Made by a program: the position numbers and the translations under genes. Positions 1 to 9,736 of a stretch of 64,000 bases of DNA are shown one piece after another. Where the stretch lies: assembly GCA_047285805.1 (NCBI GenBank), contig JBJBCN010000003.1, positions 192,001-256,000 of the forward strand, in the 5' to 3' direction. The DNA is from Synechococcus sp. Lineage in GTDB: Bacteria; Cyanobacteriota; Cyanobacteriia; PCC-6307; Cyanobiaceae. Position 1 is the stretch's first letter. The number at the start of each line of letters is the position of its first letter. The notes below the pieces were generated by a model. That model had not been told where the DNA came from. It saw only the letters and a program-made list of their open reading frames with translations, and did no database searches.

Positions 1-248
1 GCGAGACCTAGCTGACGGATATAGCCCAGGATTGCGGCCTCCGGTAAATCAGCCATCGCCTGGGGCGTTGGTCCTGCGGCGAACAACGCAGGGGTGACCT
101 CATTGACCTTTTTGTCGGTGCATTGGGCACTGAGCAGCACCGCAATCAACAAGGTGAAGGGATCGCTGTGATCCAGAGGAACCGGCGTCTCGGGGTAATG
201 CTCTTCAAGACGGCGCATGATCAACGCCGCTCGCTCCTGCTTCCTCAA
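1..248 (-). CDS. nth: Endonuclease III, 5' part (runs off window start)
   Basis: Manual translation from TTG at 248: [53 protein letters not shown]. LLSAQxTD is the Nth motif. Confidence 0.9.
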   Translation of the reverse strand, partial: MRKQERAALIMRRLEEHYPETPVPLDHSDPFTLLIAVLLSAQCTDKKVNEVTPALFAAGPTPQAMADLPEAAILGYIRQLGL

Positions 249-307
249 GACGGGACGCTGCTGCAACCAAAGCCCAGTTTGTAGGCTCGCTTCAGCGCAG
301 TCAGCCC

Positions 308-1396
308 ATGGGAAGCAGCTTCGGCGATCTGTTCAGCATCAGCACCTTCGGCGAATCGCACGGCGGCGGTGTTGGCGTGATCGTGGAGGGCTGTCCGCCG
401 CGATTGGAGCTCGACCTGGATGCGATCCAGAACGACCTGGATCGGCGCAAGCCGGGCCAGAGCAAGATCACCACTCCGCGCAAGGAAGACGACCAGGTCG
501 AAATCTTGAGCGGCCTGCTCGACGGGGTCACCCTGGGCACCCCGATCGCAATGGTGGTCCGCAACAAGGACCAGCGGCCGCAAGACTACAAGGAAATGGA
601 AGTGGCCTTCCGCCCGTCTCATGCCGACGCGACCTACCAGGCTAAGTTCGGCATTCAGGCCAGGAGTGGAGGCGGACGGGCCTCAGCCCGGGAAACGATC
701 GGCCGCGTGGCCGCCGGTGCGATTGCCAAACAGCTGCTGAGCAAGGCCAACGGAACTGAAGTTGTGGCTTGGGTCAAGCGCATTCACGACATCGAAGCGC
801 AGATCGATCCAGCGGCCGTGACCATGGATGCCGTCGAAAGCAATATCGTGCGCTGCCCTGATGGCGCCGTTGCGGAACGGATGATCGAGCGCATCGAGGC
901 GATTGGCCGTGAAGGGGATTCCTGCGGTGGCATAGTCGAATGCGTCGTCAGGGGCGTCCCCGCCGGTCTGGGTATGCCCGTCTTCGACAAACTCGAAGCG
1001 GATCTGGCCAAGGCAGTGATGTCGCTGCCAGCGACCAAGGGCTTTGAAATTGGCTCGGGCTTTGCCGGAACATTGCTGAAGGGCAGTGAACACAACGACG
1101 CCTTCCTCCCCACCCCCGATGGGAGCCTGCACACCGCCACCAACAATTCCGGCGGGATTCAGGGGGGCATCAGCAACGGCGAAGCGATCGTGATTCGGGT
1201 GGCCTTCAAGCCGACCGCAACGATCCGCAAGGCCCAGCAGACGATCAACGCGCGCGGTGAGGCGACAACCCTTGAAGCAAAAGGTCGACACGACCCCTGC
1301 GTGTTGCCCAGGGCCGTGCCGATGGTGGAAGCGATGGTCGCCATTGTTCTGGCCGACCACCTGCTGAGGCAGCAGGGTCAGTGCGGCCTTTGGTAA
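308..1396 (+). CDS. aroC: Chorismate synthase
   Basis: [23 protein letters not shown] and GRHDPC motifs. Confidence 0.97.
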   Translation: MGSSFGDLFSISTFGESHGGGVGVIVEGCPPRLELDLDAIQNDLDRRKPGQSKITTPRKEDDQVEILSGLLDGVTLGTPIAMVVRNKDQRPQDYKEMEVAFRPSHADATYQAKFGIQARSGGGRASARETIGRVAAGAIAKQLLSKANGTEVVAWVKRIHDIEAQIDPAAVTMDAVESNIVRCPDGAVAERMIERIEAIGREGDSCGGIVECVVRGVPAGLGMPVFDKLEADLAKAVMSLPATKGFEIGSGFAGTLLKGSEHNDAFLPTPDGSLHTATNNSGGIQGGISNGEAIVIRVAFKPTATIRKAQQTINARGEATTLEAKGRHDPCVLPRAVPMVEAMVAIVLADHLLRQQGQCGLW

Positions 1397-1403
1397 CGAG
1401 GGC

Positions 1404-2042
1404 TCAACGCACGCTAGTCAGCTGACCGGCGCCATTAGTGGAGGGTGCCCCACCCAAGCGGCCAACGGCCTTCGCCATCCGCTTCGCCACTGAAGCACCG
1501 CGGGTCGCACCGGTCTTCTTCACCGGGTTACGGGCTGCTTTTTTTGCCACGGGCTTGGCTTTAGCGGCCACCTTTGATTTCGCCGCTGCAGCCGGCTTGG
1601 CCTTCACCGTGGTGCTGGCCACTTTCTTGGGTGCGGCCTTCTTCAAGGCTGCGGGCTTCGCTTTAGCGGCGGGCCGCTTGGTGGTGGTTGCCGATGCCTT
1701 TTTGGCAGACGCCTTCTTGGGGGTAGCTTTCTTTGGAGCGGCCTTGCTGATCGTGGTGCGACTGCGGTGGCTCAGGATCAGCGCCCATTCCGCATCCGAG
1801 AGATTGGCTGGCTTGGCGCCATGGGCGTTGGCCAATTTGGCTGCTTTCTCGATGTCGGAAATGAGGTTTTTCCAAGAGGTCGCGAAGCGCTTGTCGGATT
1901 GCGACTTGGCACCGCTTTCAACCAGAGTTTCGACAACCCCAGCGGCGGTGACTTTTTTGCGCCTGCGGTTGAAGATCTCCTTTTGGAGCTGAGCGATCAG
2001 AGCATCAGCTTTATCGCTCAACTTGATGGTGAGCTGAGACAT
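1404..2042 (-). CDS. Hypothetical DNA-binding-like protein with Lys/Ala/Pro-rich (histone H1-like) C-terminal tail
   Basis: Globular-looking ~95 aa N-terminus followed by KAAPKK/KKASAKK/AKPAA repeats. Confidence 0.7.
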   Translation of the reverse strand: MSQLTIKLSDKADALIAQLQKEIFNRRRKKVTAAGVVETLVESGAKSQSDKRFATSWKNLISDIEKAAKLANAHGAKPANLSDAEWALILSHRSRTTISKAAPKKATPKKASAKKASATTTKRPAAKAKPAALKKAAPKKVASTTVKAKPAAAAKSKVAAKAKPVAKKAARNPVKKTGATRGASVAKRMAKAVGRLGGAPSTNGAGQLTSVR

Positions 2043-2081
2043 GCATCGAAAAACGTCTATCTCATGAGTAACACTCTGGTC

Positions 2082-2783
2082 TCAATCTGACAACAAAGCG
2101 TCGTTTGCGCGCTGCTCGAGCCATGCCAAAAGAGTGGGCAACCCCGGCCGCAGCTTCACGGACTCGCCGGGATCCGTAGACATCTCAAAGAGGCTGCCCC
2201 CCAAGGCCACTGCATCGACGCCCGACTCGAGCCAGAGACGTGCGTCACGGGCCGACAACCCTCCCGCTGCAATGCAATACGGCAATGGCGATAGGGGACT
2301 CGCCAGCGACCTCCAATAGCTCGGGCCAACACTGCTGGCGGGGAAGAGCTTCACTGCTGGCGCACCGAGGGCTTGGGCCTGGGCCACTTCCGATGGGGTG
2401 TACACGCCTGGGATCAGGGTGATCCCGTCCTGACGGGCTTGCGCCAAGAGTTGGGGCTCAAGAATCGGTGAGACGACATAGTCCAGACCGGCGGCTTGTG
2501 CTGCGGCCAAGCCCTGGAGACATCGCACAGATGCCGCGCCAAGACGAAGTTCCGTAAAGCATTCACGCAGGGCGACCGCCAGCTCCACCCAGGCGGGGGT
2601 CACGGCGACAGCGAGCTCGACATGCTGCAGGCCAGCGTCCATGAGTTGGCTGAGCTGGACCTCAGCCAGACGACGCTCAGACACACGAAGAACCGCCAGC
2701 ACAGGCTGGCGGTGCAGTCCCCTCAGGAGGCCCGAGGGATCTGAGGCAAAAGCCTCAGACGTATTCGGCAACGTGGACGTCAC
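2082..2783 (-). CDS. eda: KDPG/KHG aldolase family protein (start uncertain)
   Basis: PVLAVLR, LGAASV, VVSP, PGVYTPSE, VKLFPA and AAGG motifs. Confidence 0.85.
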   Translation of the reverse strand: MTSTLPNTSEAFASDPSGLLRGLHRQPVLAVLRVSERRLAEVQLSQLMDAGLQHVELAVAVTPAWVELAVALRECFTELRLGAASVRCLQGLAAAQAAGLDYVVSPILEPQLLAQARQDGITLIPGVYTPSEVAQAQALGAPAVKLFPASSVGPSYWRSLASPLSPLPYCIAAGGLSARDARLWLESGVDAVALGGSLFEMSTDPGESVKLRPGLPTLLAWLEQRANDALLSD

Positions 2784-4599
2784 TACGGATCAGCAGCTCT
2801 TGCAGATCCTCAGCATCGACGGTCTCACGCTCCACCAGCATCTCGGCGAGCTCATCGAGCACGCTGCGGTTGCCGTTGAGCACTGCGGTTGCCCGCTTGT
2901 AGGCCTCGGCCACCAGCAGGCTGACCTCTTCGTCGATGGCGGCGGCGGTGTCCTCGGAGAAATCACGCTCCGAAGCGATGTCACGACCGAGGAACATGCC
3001 GCCCTGACTGCGGCCCAGGGCCACGGGGCCGAGACGATCGCTCATGCCAAAGCGGGTGACCATCTGACGGGCAACGCGAGCGACCTGCTGGAGGTCGTTG
3101 GAAGCACCCGTGGTGACCTCGTCTTCGCCGTAGACGATCTCTTCGGCAACGCGACCTCCGAGGGCGACGGCCATCTGGTTCTGGAGGTAGGTGCGGGAAT
3201 AGAGACCCGATTCCATGCGCTCTTCGCTGGGTGTGAAGAAGGTCAGACCACCAGCGTTACCGCGGGGAATGATCGAAATCTTCTGTACAGGGTCGTAGTC
3301 GGGCATCAAAGCGCCCACCAGAGCGTGGCCGGCCTCGTGATAAGCCACGAGACGCTTGCGCTTCTCGCTCATCACCCGGTCCTTCTTCTCAGGACCAGCC
3401 ATGACCCGCTCAATCGCGTCATTCACCTCGTCCATTGAGACTTCGGTGAGCTGACGGCGAGCCGCGAGGATGGCGGCCTCGTTCAGAAGATTGGCGAGGT
3501 CAGCACCGGTGTAGCCAGGGGTGCGGCGCGCAATCTTGTCGAGATCGACGTCCTTGGAGAGGGTTTTGCCGCGGGCGTGGACACCAAGGATCTGAAGACG
3601 GCCGGCGTAGTCGGGACGATCCACCACCACCTGACGATCGAAGCGACCGGGGCGCATCAGCGCCGCATCCAAGACGTCGGGACGGTTGGTAGCCGCGACG
3701 ATGATGATTCCGGTGTTGCCCTCAAAGCCGTCCATCTCCGTAAGGAGCTGGTTGAGGGTCTGTTCCCGCTCGTCGTTGCCACCGCCGAGGCCAGCGCCGC
3801 GCTGACGCCCCACCGCGTCGATCTCGTCAATGAAGACGATGCAAGGGGCGTTCTTCTTGGCCTGCTCAAACAGGTCTCGCACCCGGCTGGCGCCGACACC
3901 CACGAACATCTCAACGAACTCCGAACCGGAGATCGAGAAGAAGGGCACACCAGCCTCGCCCGCGACGGCCTTGGCAAGCAGGGTCTTACCGGTACCCGGA
4001 GGGCCCACCAACAGGACACCCTTGGGAATCTTGGCGCCAACGGCGGTGAAGCGATCGGGGTTCTTGAGAAAGTCGACGACCTCGGTCAGCTCGAGCTTGG
4101 CGCCTTCAATGCCGGCCACATCACCAAACGTGACCTGGGTTTCGGGCTCCATCTGAACCCGGGCCTTGCTCTTGCCGAAGTTCATGGCGGGGTTCCCGCC
4201 ACCGCCCTGAGCGCGGCGCAAGAGGAAGAAGAGTCCACCCAGCAGAAGCAGGGGGAAGATCAGGGAACCAATGGCCTGCTGCCAAGCCTGGGGCTGACGG
4301 GAAGGCTCGACAGCGATGTCGACCTTGTGACCCTCGAGGAGCTTCAGCAGATCCTTGTCGGGGGCGAGGTTGACCACGGCGCGTTGGCCGTCGTTCTCGA
4401 CCACTTGAGCCGTACCACGATCGGGAGCGATCAGAACCCGCGACACCTCATTGGCCTCAACGGCTTCCACAAAGTCGCTGTAGCGCAGGGTGCGCGGGGC
4501 ATTGGCGGGATCAGGACGATCCAGGAACGCCGTACCAACTGCGATCACCACTACGGCTAAGAGGACGTATAGCCCCGCATTGCGCCAGCGCTTTTTCAC
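2755..4599 (-). CDS. ftsH: ATP-dependent zinc metalloprotease FtsH (FtsH3-like N-terminus)
   Basis: Two TM helices, Walker A GPPGTGKT, Walker B FIDEID, HEAGH zinc motif. Confidence 0.97.
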   Translation of the reverse strand: MKKRWRNAGLYVLLAVVVIAVGTAFLDRPDPANAPRTLRYSDFVEAVEANEVSRVLIAPDRGTAQVVENDGQRAVVNLAPDKDLLKLLEGHKVDIAVEPSRQPQAWQQAIGSLIFPLLLLGGLFFLLRRAQGGGGNPAMNFGKSKARVQMEPETQVTFGDVAGIEGAKLELTEVVDFLKNPDRFTAVGAKIPKGVLLVGPPGTGKTLLAKAVAGEAGVPFFSISGSEFVEMFVGVGASRVRDLFEQAKKNAPCIVFIDEIDAVGRQRGAGLGGGNDEREQTLNQLLTEMDGFEGNTGIIIVAATNRPDVLDAALMRPGRFDRQVVVDRPDYAGRLQILGVHARGKTLSKDVDLDKIARRTPGYTGADLANLLNEAAILAARRQLTEVSMDEVNDAIERVMAGPEKKDRVMSEKRKRLVAYHEAGHALVGALMPDYDPVQKISIIPRGNAGGLTFFTPSEERMESGLYSRTYLQNQMAVALGGRVAEEIVYGEDEVTTGASNDLQQVARVARQMVTRFGMSDRLGPVALGRSQGGMFLGRDIASERDFSEDTAAAIDEEVSLLVAEAYKRATAVLNGNRSVLDELAEMLVERETVDAEDLQELLIRSDVHVAEYV

Positions 4600-4627
4600 T
4601 TGGTTCTCCGCTTGATCGAGGATAGTG

Positions 4628-4643
4628 ATTAAGGAATGTTAAC
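4628..4643. promoter_or_regulatory. Possible HLR1-like (RpaB) direct repeat upstream of ftsH
   Basis: ATTAAGGA-AT-GTTAAC: two TTAA half-sites 10 bp apart in the AT-rich ftsH upstream region. Imperfect match. Confidence 0.35.
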
Positions 4644-4648
4644 CGGAC

Positions 4649-5818
4649 TCAGGCAGCTGAGCGCAGAACTTCGACCACGCTCTTGAAGGCGAACCACTCG
4701 GGGATTTCTTCTCCGCCGCGCAGCATCTGGCGGAACTGGGTGCCGCTGAGCTTGCGGACGTGCAGGCCACGGTCATCGGCGTGTTCGGCGGTCACATAGC
4801 CCTCTTCCTCGGTGTAGACGAGGTTCAAGGACGGAACCGTCTCCATTCCCAGCTCCGGAGCATTCTCGCGCGCGAAGTCCTGGGCCTGGTAAGGACCATA
4901 GAAGTCCTCACCGCTGATGGAGGACTTACAGCCGGCCATGTCGCGGCCAATGATGAAATGAGTGCAGCCGTAGTTCTTGCGGATGATCATGTGCTGCAGC
5001 GCCTCACGGGGCCCAGCCATGTGCATCGAATAGGGCAGGTAAGCCCAGCGAATACGGGGGTTGTTCACTTCAGAGGCCAGACGCTCATAGGTTTGGAAGC
5101 GAACAGCGCCGGGGATGTCGTCGTCTTGGGTGGGGCCACAGGTGGGATGCACCAGAACCACGCCCTGCTCACTCACGTTGGTGGCATCAAGGGCCCGGGT
5201 AAAGAGCTCGTAGTGCGCACGGTGGATGGGGTTGCGGCACTGGAAAGCCACCACGTCTTGACCCTCGGGCAGGTTCGCGCGCACCTCAGCGGGGGTCTTG
5301 CAAGGGAAGACGCGCTCGGGCAGCTCCAGGCCTTGAATCGAACCGCCCAGGTAGAAGCGACCGCGCTCGGTGGCGATCATCTTCACCGCGGGATGCTCCA
5401 GGGAGGAGGTGCCGTAGCAGCCAACCGCCTCACGGGCCTTGTCGGGCTCCCACTTGCTCTCCACCGTCATCACTGCAAGCTCTTGACCGCGGTAGGTCAG
5501 CAGCAGCTTCTGACCAACGGCAATGTCGTCGCGATCAGTGTCCATCACGATCGGCAGACCAAAGAGAAGGCCGCTGGTGGTGCGGTTCTTCTCGACCACC
5601 GAGAGGTAGTCGTCCTGGTGCATGAAGCCGCGCAGGGGTGAGAAACCACCCACCATCAACAGCTCGATGTCGCAGGCGTTGCGATCGGAACACTCAGCCA
5701 CGTGATCCACGCCAGCCTTGGCCGCGTCCCGCTGGGCTTCAGGCACCCGCAGATCCACAAGTGTGCCGCCGTGGGGAGCGATCAAACCCTGACGGGGTGC
5801 AGCAGCTGCAGTGGTCAT
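4649..5818 (-). CDS. sat: Sulfate adenylyltransferase
   Basis: QCRNPIHRAH and GRDMAG motifs. Start placed at MTTAAAAP (5818), downstream of the psbO terminator. Confidence 0.95.
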   Translation of the reverse strand: MTTAAAAPRQGLIAPHGGTLVDLRVPEAQRDAAKAGVDHVAECSDRNACDIELLMVGGFSPLRGFMHQDDYLSVVEKNRTTSGLLFGLPIVMDTDRDDIAVGQKLLLTYRGQELAVMTVESKWEPDKAREAVGCYGTSSLEHPAVKMIATERGRFYLGGSIQGLELPERVFPCKTPAEVRANLPEGQDVVAFQCRNPIHRAHYELFTRALDATNVSEQGVVLVHPTCGPTQDDDIPGAVRFQTYERLASEVNNPRIRWAYLPYSMHMAGPREALQHMIIRKNYGCTHFIIGRDMAGCKSSISGEDFYGPYQAQDFARENAPELGMETVPSLNLVYTEEEGYVTAEHADDRGLHVRKLSGTQFRQMLRGGEEIPEWFAFKSVVEVLRSAA

Positions 5819-5877
5819 GGCAACGGGGATAGTGGATCCAATCCCGGCGATTCTCCCAGAGCACTCGAGACGCAATG

Positions 5878-5901
5878 AAAAAGGGGCTCCGCAGAGCCCC
5901 T
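5878..5901 (-). terminator. Intrinsic terminator of psbO
   Basis: Minus strand AGGGGCTC-TGCG-GAGCCCCT followed by a T run. Confidence 0.8.
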
Positions 5902-5930
5902 GATCAAGAGTTCTGAATCCGACGAGTCGA

Positions 5931-6752
5931 TCAGGCCTTCTCGAGGCGGCCGTAGAGCTGACCCAAGATCTTGACGTCGACGGGGTCATGGCTGCCCATG
6001 TCGGTGTCAGAGGGCTGGACGGCGGTGAAGACACCAGCAAACTCACCGCTGGAGGCGTCCACCTTGGTGATGGAGAGATTCATCTCACCGGTGCCGTCGA
6101 TGTAGCGCTTGCTGTTCTCGCGGGCCAGCTCATCGTCCTGACCGTTCAGAGCGACCAGACCCTGGGCGTACTGAACGCCCGTGGTGAGCGCGCGGCCCTT
6201 GGGATCCAAGAAGTTGGAGGTGCGATAGCTGGGGACACGATAGGCACCGTTCAGGTCGGTGCTAGTGCTGATGGCAGCGCCATCAGCAGTGGCGTCCAGC
6301 TCCTTGGAGGAGAAGGTGAAGGGGACTTCCTCACCACCGGGCAGCAGCACGGTGACGATCTGGAAGTCGATGCCGCCCATCTCCTTGAAGTTGATGCCGT
6401 TGCCGGTCACGGTCAGGTCGCCATAGACCTGGTCAAGGCTGGTGGTGAAGCGGGTCAGAATCTTGGTGGCCACGAACTGGGCCTCCTGACGCTTGTTGGC
6501 AGGCTCGCCCTTGACATACACCTCTGCGGGGTGCATGCAGACCTCGCGCAGCTGGTACTTGGTGTTGCTATCGAGGGCGATGGAGCCGCGGGCGGAGTCG
6601 GGAAGGGTCGGGCAATCGTTGGCCAGACCGGTGTTGTGGATGTCGTCGTAGGTCAGATCGGCCCGATCAACAGCCTTCGCACCGCCACTGCAAGCGGTCA
6701 CGAGGGTCAGGCAAAGGGCCAGCACGACGGCCAGCAAAGGACGGAAACGCAT
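5931..6752 (-). CDS. psbO: Photosystem II manganese-stabilizing protein
   Basis: LTYDDIHNTGLANDCP, VPSYRTSNFLDPKGR and QPSDTDMG motifs; N-terminal signal peptide. Confidence 0.97.
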   Translation of the reverse strand: MRFRPLLAVVLALCLTLVTACSGGAKAVDRADLTYDDIHNTGLANDCPTLPDSARGSIALDSNTKYQLREVCMHPAEVYVKGEPANKRQEAQFVATKILTRFTTSLDQVYGDLTVTGNGINFKEMGGIDFQIVTVLLPGGEEVPFTFSSKELDATADGAAISTSTDLNGAYRVPSYRTSNFLDPKGRALTTGVQYAQGLVALNGQDDELARENSKRYIDGTGEMNLSITKVDASSGEFAGVFTAVQPSDTDMGSHDPVDVKILGQLYGRLEKA

Positions 6753-6894
6753 GGGGGAGAAACCGGTCTGGCGGGAAAAACCGCAGGGATGGGGTATGCC
6801 CGATCGGGATACTACCGGTGCAAAACGCCCATTCCGCGTACCATGTCGCGGCTCTCAACAACCTGTATGCGAGAGCGGCTGAATTAATCCCTGT

Positions 6895-7233
6895 ATGAGC
6901 GACGCCAGCAACACCTCTCAGATCGACGACAGCTTGGTCCGAGGCGACTGGGAGGCCCGGCTGAGTTCAGAGCTAGAGAGCCTGGAAGAACTTGCCGCGG
7001 AGGTGGATGGCGAAGCCCAGGCCCTGCTGCTGCTGCTTCGGCGTCTCGAGGAACTGCACCGCACCATCCAAGAAGGTGCTTTCCGGTCCAGCCTTCCCTC
7101 CGATCGCGGCGAACTCTTCAACCTGCTGAAGGGCATGGAGAAGAGTGGCGGCTGGCCCTACATCCCCCGGCTGCAGCTGCGGACCTTTATGGACCTGCTG
7201 CAGAACGACAACGACTCAGCCCTAGCCGCCTGA
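6895..7233 (+). CDS. Conserved cyanobacterial hypothetical protein
   Basis: Clean ORF with LLRRLEELHR...GGWPYIPRLQL motif. Confidence 0.75.
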   Translation: MSDASNTSQIDDSLVRGDWEARLSSELESLEELAAEVDGEAQALLLLLRRLEELHRTIQEGAFRSSLPSDRGELFNLLKGMEKSGGWPYIPRLQLRTFMDLLQNDNDSALAA

Positions 7234-8469
7234 AGCCGTAGCTAAAGCACTCAAAAGCCGGTGGGCCAAGGCAAGCTTGCCCATTGGTTCAACGCGCTCT
7301 ACCGCCGCTCCAGGGCCCAAAATCCAGCCTTCGTTGGAGAGGCTGCCGAAACCGGCCCCTGCTATGTCAATGGGATTGGCGAACAGCAGATCACAGCCCT
7401 TCTGCGAAAACTTGGCCTGGGCCTGCGGCAGGACATCGCCGGTGTGTGCAGCAAAGCCGAGGATCGCCTGACCAGCAGAGCGACGCTCCACCAGAGCGCG
7501 CAGTATGTCAGGCACGGACTCCCAGCCCGCCCCCATGGCATCCGCCAAGGCCTGCTTGTCGGGCTTCTCACTGAAGCGCTGTTTCGGGCGGTGGTCGGCC
7601 ACGGCCGCCGCCATGGCGATGGCACTGGCCTGGGGCTGGAGCGCCTCCAGAGTCCGCTGAAGCTCAGCTCCTGTCTCCACCGGATGGCAACGCAAGCCCT
7701 CGAGCAAAGCCGGCTCAACCTGCAGGAGACCATGGACCAGATCCACTTCGGCGCCACGAAGACGGGCCGCCTGGGCCAACAGCACCCCCATCCGACCGGT
7801 GCTGGGATTGCTGATGCAGCGGGCTGGATCCAGCCACTCCCGCGTGGGCCCCGCGCTCACGAGCAAGCGACGTCCCTGCCAATCGCGCTGACAGCCCCAG
7901 AGCGCCATGGACTCCAGGGCGAGCAGCAGTGAGGCCGGCTCCGCCATCCGCCCGGCCCCCTCCCGATCACAGGCCAGCAGACCCTCAGCAGGGCCCAACG
8001 GCAACACCCTCTCAAAGTCCTGGAGGACCTGCCAATTGCGATGCACCCCAGGGGAACTCCACATGGCGGTGTTCATGGCCGCTGCAGCCAAAACGGGCGC
8101 TTCCGTGGCCAGCAACAGCGACGCCAGCAGAGTGTCCCCGAGACCGTAGACCCAACGCCCCAGGCTGGTGGCTGAAAGCGGAGCCAAGAGCACCAGGTCG
8201 GCCCACTCCGCCAGTTCCACATGCAGAGGACGCGCCGCGGTGTGACTCCACTGATCAGCGTCGAGATAGCAGCGCTGACGGCTCAGGCTGGCGAGCGCGA
8301 CCGGACTCACCAGCTGCGCCGCACTGGGAGTCAGAACACAACGAACCTCAGCGCCGCGCTTCGCCAGGGAGCTAACCACCAGTGGAAGTTTGACCGCAGC
8401 GATGCTGCCGCTGATCCCCACCAGAACACGTCGTCCCTTAAGGGGATCAACCGGGAGCTCAGTCCTCAT
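7222..8469 (-). CDS. coaBC: Phosphopantothenoylcysteine decarboxylase/ligase
   Basis: GISGSIAAVK, HVELAEWAD, AMNTAMW, SAGPTRE and SNPSTGRMG motifs. Confidence 0.95.
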   Translation of the reverse strand: MRTELPVDPLKGRRVLVGISGSIAAVKLPLVVSSLAKRGAEVRCVLTPSAAQLVSPVALASLSRQRCYLDADQWSHTAARPLHVELAEWADLVLLAPLSATSLGRWVYGLGDTLLASLLLATEAPVLAAAAMNTAMWSSPGVHRNWQVLQDFERVLPLGPAEGLLACDREGAGRMAEPASLLLALESMALWGCQRDWQGRRLLVSAGPTREWLDPARCISNPSTGRMGVLLAQAARLRGAEVDLVHGLLQVEPALLEGLRCHPVETGAELQRTLEALQPQASAIAMAAAVADHRPKQRFSEKPDKQALADAMGAGWESVPDILRALVERRSAGQAILGFAAHTGDVLPQAQAKFSQKGCDLLFANPIDIAGAGFGSLSNEGWILGPGAAVERVEPMGKLALAHRLLSALATASGG

Positions 8470-8674
8470 CAAAGGGTTCTTGATCAACCAAGTGCACGTA
8501 AGGGCGTGCCAGCTCCGGACGGTGAATTGCGACAGCCCGCAGCAGGTGCCAATCGTTCAAAGCGGCAAACGGGGAGGGGTAATCGTCCTCATCCAGACGG
8601 CGCCCCAAGTCCTGCATGGAGGCCTCGGTCTGCGCCGCGATCAACTCGGGGGTGATGGAGGGGGAATCGGTCAT
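8459..8674 (-). CDS. DUF2555-like small protein
   Basis: RLDEDDYPSPF..L.DWHLLRA motif; sits directly upstream of coaBC. Confidence 0.75.
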   Translation of the reverse strand: MTDSPSITPELIAAQTEASMQDLGRRLDEDDYPSPFAALNDWHLLRAVAIHRPELARPYVHLVDQEPFDED

Positions 8675-8728
8675 GGCCGTTGAAGACTGATAAGTTCTGG
8701 CCAGGACAAGAATTCTTCCTGGTCTTGA

Positions 8729-8801
8729 GGGGAATTAGCTCAGCTGGTAGAGCGCTGCGATCGCACCGCAGAGGTCAGGGGTTCGAGTCCCCTATTCTCC
8801 A
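8729..8801 (+). tRNA. tRNA-Ala(CGC)
   Basis: GGGGAATTAGCTCAGCTGGTAGAGC..., anticodon arm CTGCG-AT-CGC-AC-CGCAG, GTTCGAGT T-loop. Confidence 0.96.
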
Positions 8802-8833
8802 TCCACCCTTGAAATCCCGGTGCGGATCTGGCC

Positions 8834-8995
8834 ATGAACTGGAAACCAGAGGCCGAGGCCAAGCTCAAGGAGATCCCTTTTTTTGTTCGTCCTGCCGCCC
8901 GTAAACGCATCGAAGCGATGGCCAGCGAAGCAGGCCTGGATCTGATCGACGAAGCTTTTTTTGAAAGCGCGAAGTCCAAATTCGGCCAGAATTAA
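8834..8995 (+). CDS. Stand-alone PCP_red (protochlorophyllide reductase ChlB C-terminal-like) domain protein, 53 aa
   Basis: Manual translation MNWKPEAEAKLKEIPFFVRPAARKRIEAMASEAGLDLIDEAFFESAKSKFGQN; W..EA...L..IPFFVR motif. Confidence 0.85.
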   Translation: MNWKPEAEAKLKEIPFFVRPAARKRIEAMASEAGLDLIDEAFFESAKSKFGQN

Positions 8996-9098
8996 ACAGC
9001 CCATTAAGGCGTGTGGGGTTTGGTCCGCTGGCCGTAGACCGGTCTCTGCTAAGGGGCGATGGGGTAAAAGGGTTTAGCTTTCAGACCCTTTCCCGCTC

Positions 9099-9299
9099 AT
9101 GTCGCAGTCGAAGCGCGAGCAAGTGGTGAGCCACCTGCGTTACATCCGCCAAGAGCTGCGCGAGATGCACCAAGGCGTGATGGAAGACGGCCTGTTGCCT
9201 GAAGCCGGCGAGGTTCGAGGCGTGATGGCCCAAATGGAAGCGCTCCTGGAACTACTGGAAGGCAAGGGAAGCCGCAAAGCCAAAGATGCCGACAAGTGA
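9099..9299 (+). CDS. Conserved small hypothetical protein (66 aa)
   Basis: Clean ORF with typical codon usage, followed by a terminator. Confidence 0.75.
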   Translation: MSQSKREQVVSHLRYIRQELREMHQGVMEDGLLPEAGEVRGVMAQMEALLELLEGKGSRKAKDADK

Positions 9300-9317
9300 G
9301 ATCGGCTAATGCGCACA

Positions 9318-9341
9318 GCCCGGGGAAACCCGGGCTTTTTT
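9318..9341 (+). terminator. Intrinsic terminator
   Basis: GCCCGGG-GAAA-CCCGGGC followed by TTTTTT. Confidence 0.85.
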
Positions 9342-9378
9342 AGTGCCCCTGCGGTAGACCTCAGACCATCTGCTGGCG

Positions 9379-9735
9379 ATGCCTCCCCTGACTCTGCTGC
9401 CCCAACCCCAACGCACGAGGCTGCAGCGCAACCTGGGTGGCGCCTGGCCGCGCCTGGAACGCTGGGCCAGCAACCCCTGGCGCCGGCTTTCGGTGCTGCT
9501 GATCGTGCTGCTCAGCACCTTTTTCCTGGGGAACGCCATCGCCACCTTGACCGGAGCGCGCTCGTTTCTCGACCCGCCTGCGGCGCTGCTCTGCGTCTTG
9601 GCCATCGAAGCGGCGATCCGCGTGCGCGGTCCACTGCTTCGCAAGACCAGCAATCGCTTGGGGCTGCAGCTCCTGGACATGAGCCGCATGGGCTTTTGCT
9701 ACGGCCTTCTGCTGGAGGGCTTCAAGCTGCTCTGA
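9379..9735 (+). CDS. DUF565/Ycf20-like membrane protein
   Basis: Q.TRL, NPWRRLS and terminal YGLLLEGFKL motif. Confidence 0.8.
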   Translation: MPPLTLLPQPQRTRLQRNLGGAWPRLERWASNPWRRLSVLLIVLLSTFFLGNAIATLTGARSFLDPPAALLCVLAIEAAIRVRGPLLRKTSNRLGLQLLDMSRMGFCYGLLLEGFKLL

Positions 9736-9736
9736 G

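Noticed and set aside
1500..1750. Low-complexity repeats (GCCTTCTT/GGCTT)
   Set aside because: They encode the Lys/Ala-rich tail; no spacer-repeat structure.
5819..6046. N-terminal extension of sat in the ORF track
   Set aside because: It overlaps psbO and crosses the psbO terminator; the conserved protein begins at 5818.
2641..6887. Long plus-strand ORFs antisense to ftsH, sat and psbO (265-327 aa)
   Set aside because: Antisense shadows produced by GC-biased codon usage; no recognisable motifs, and the opposite strand holds clear core genes.
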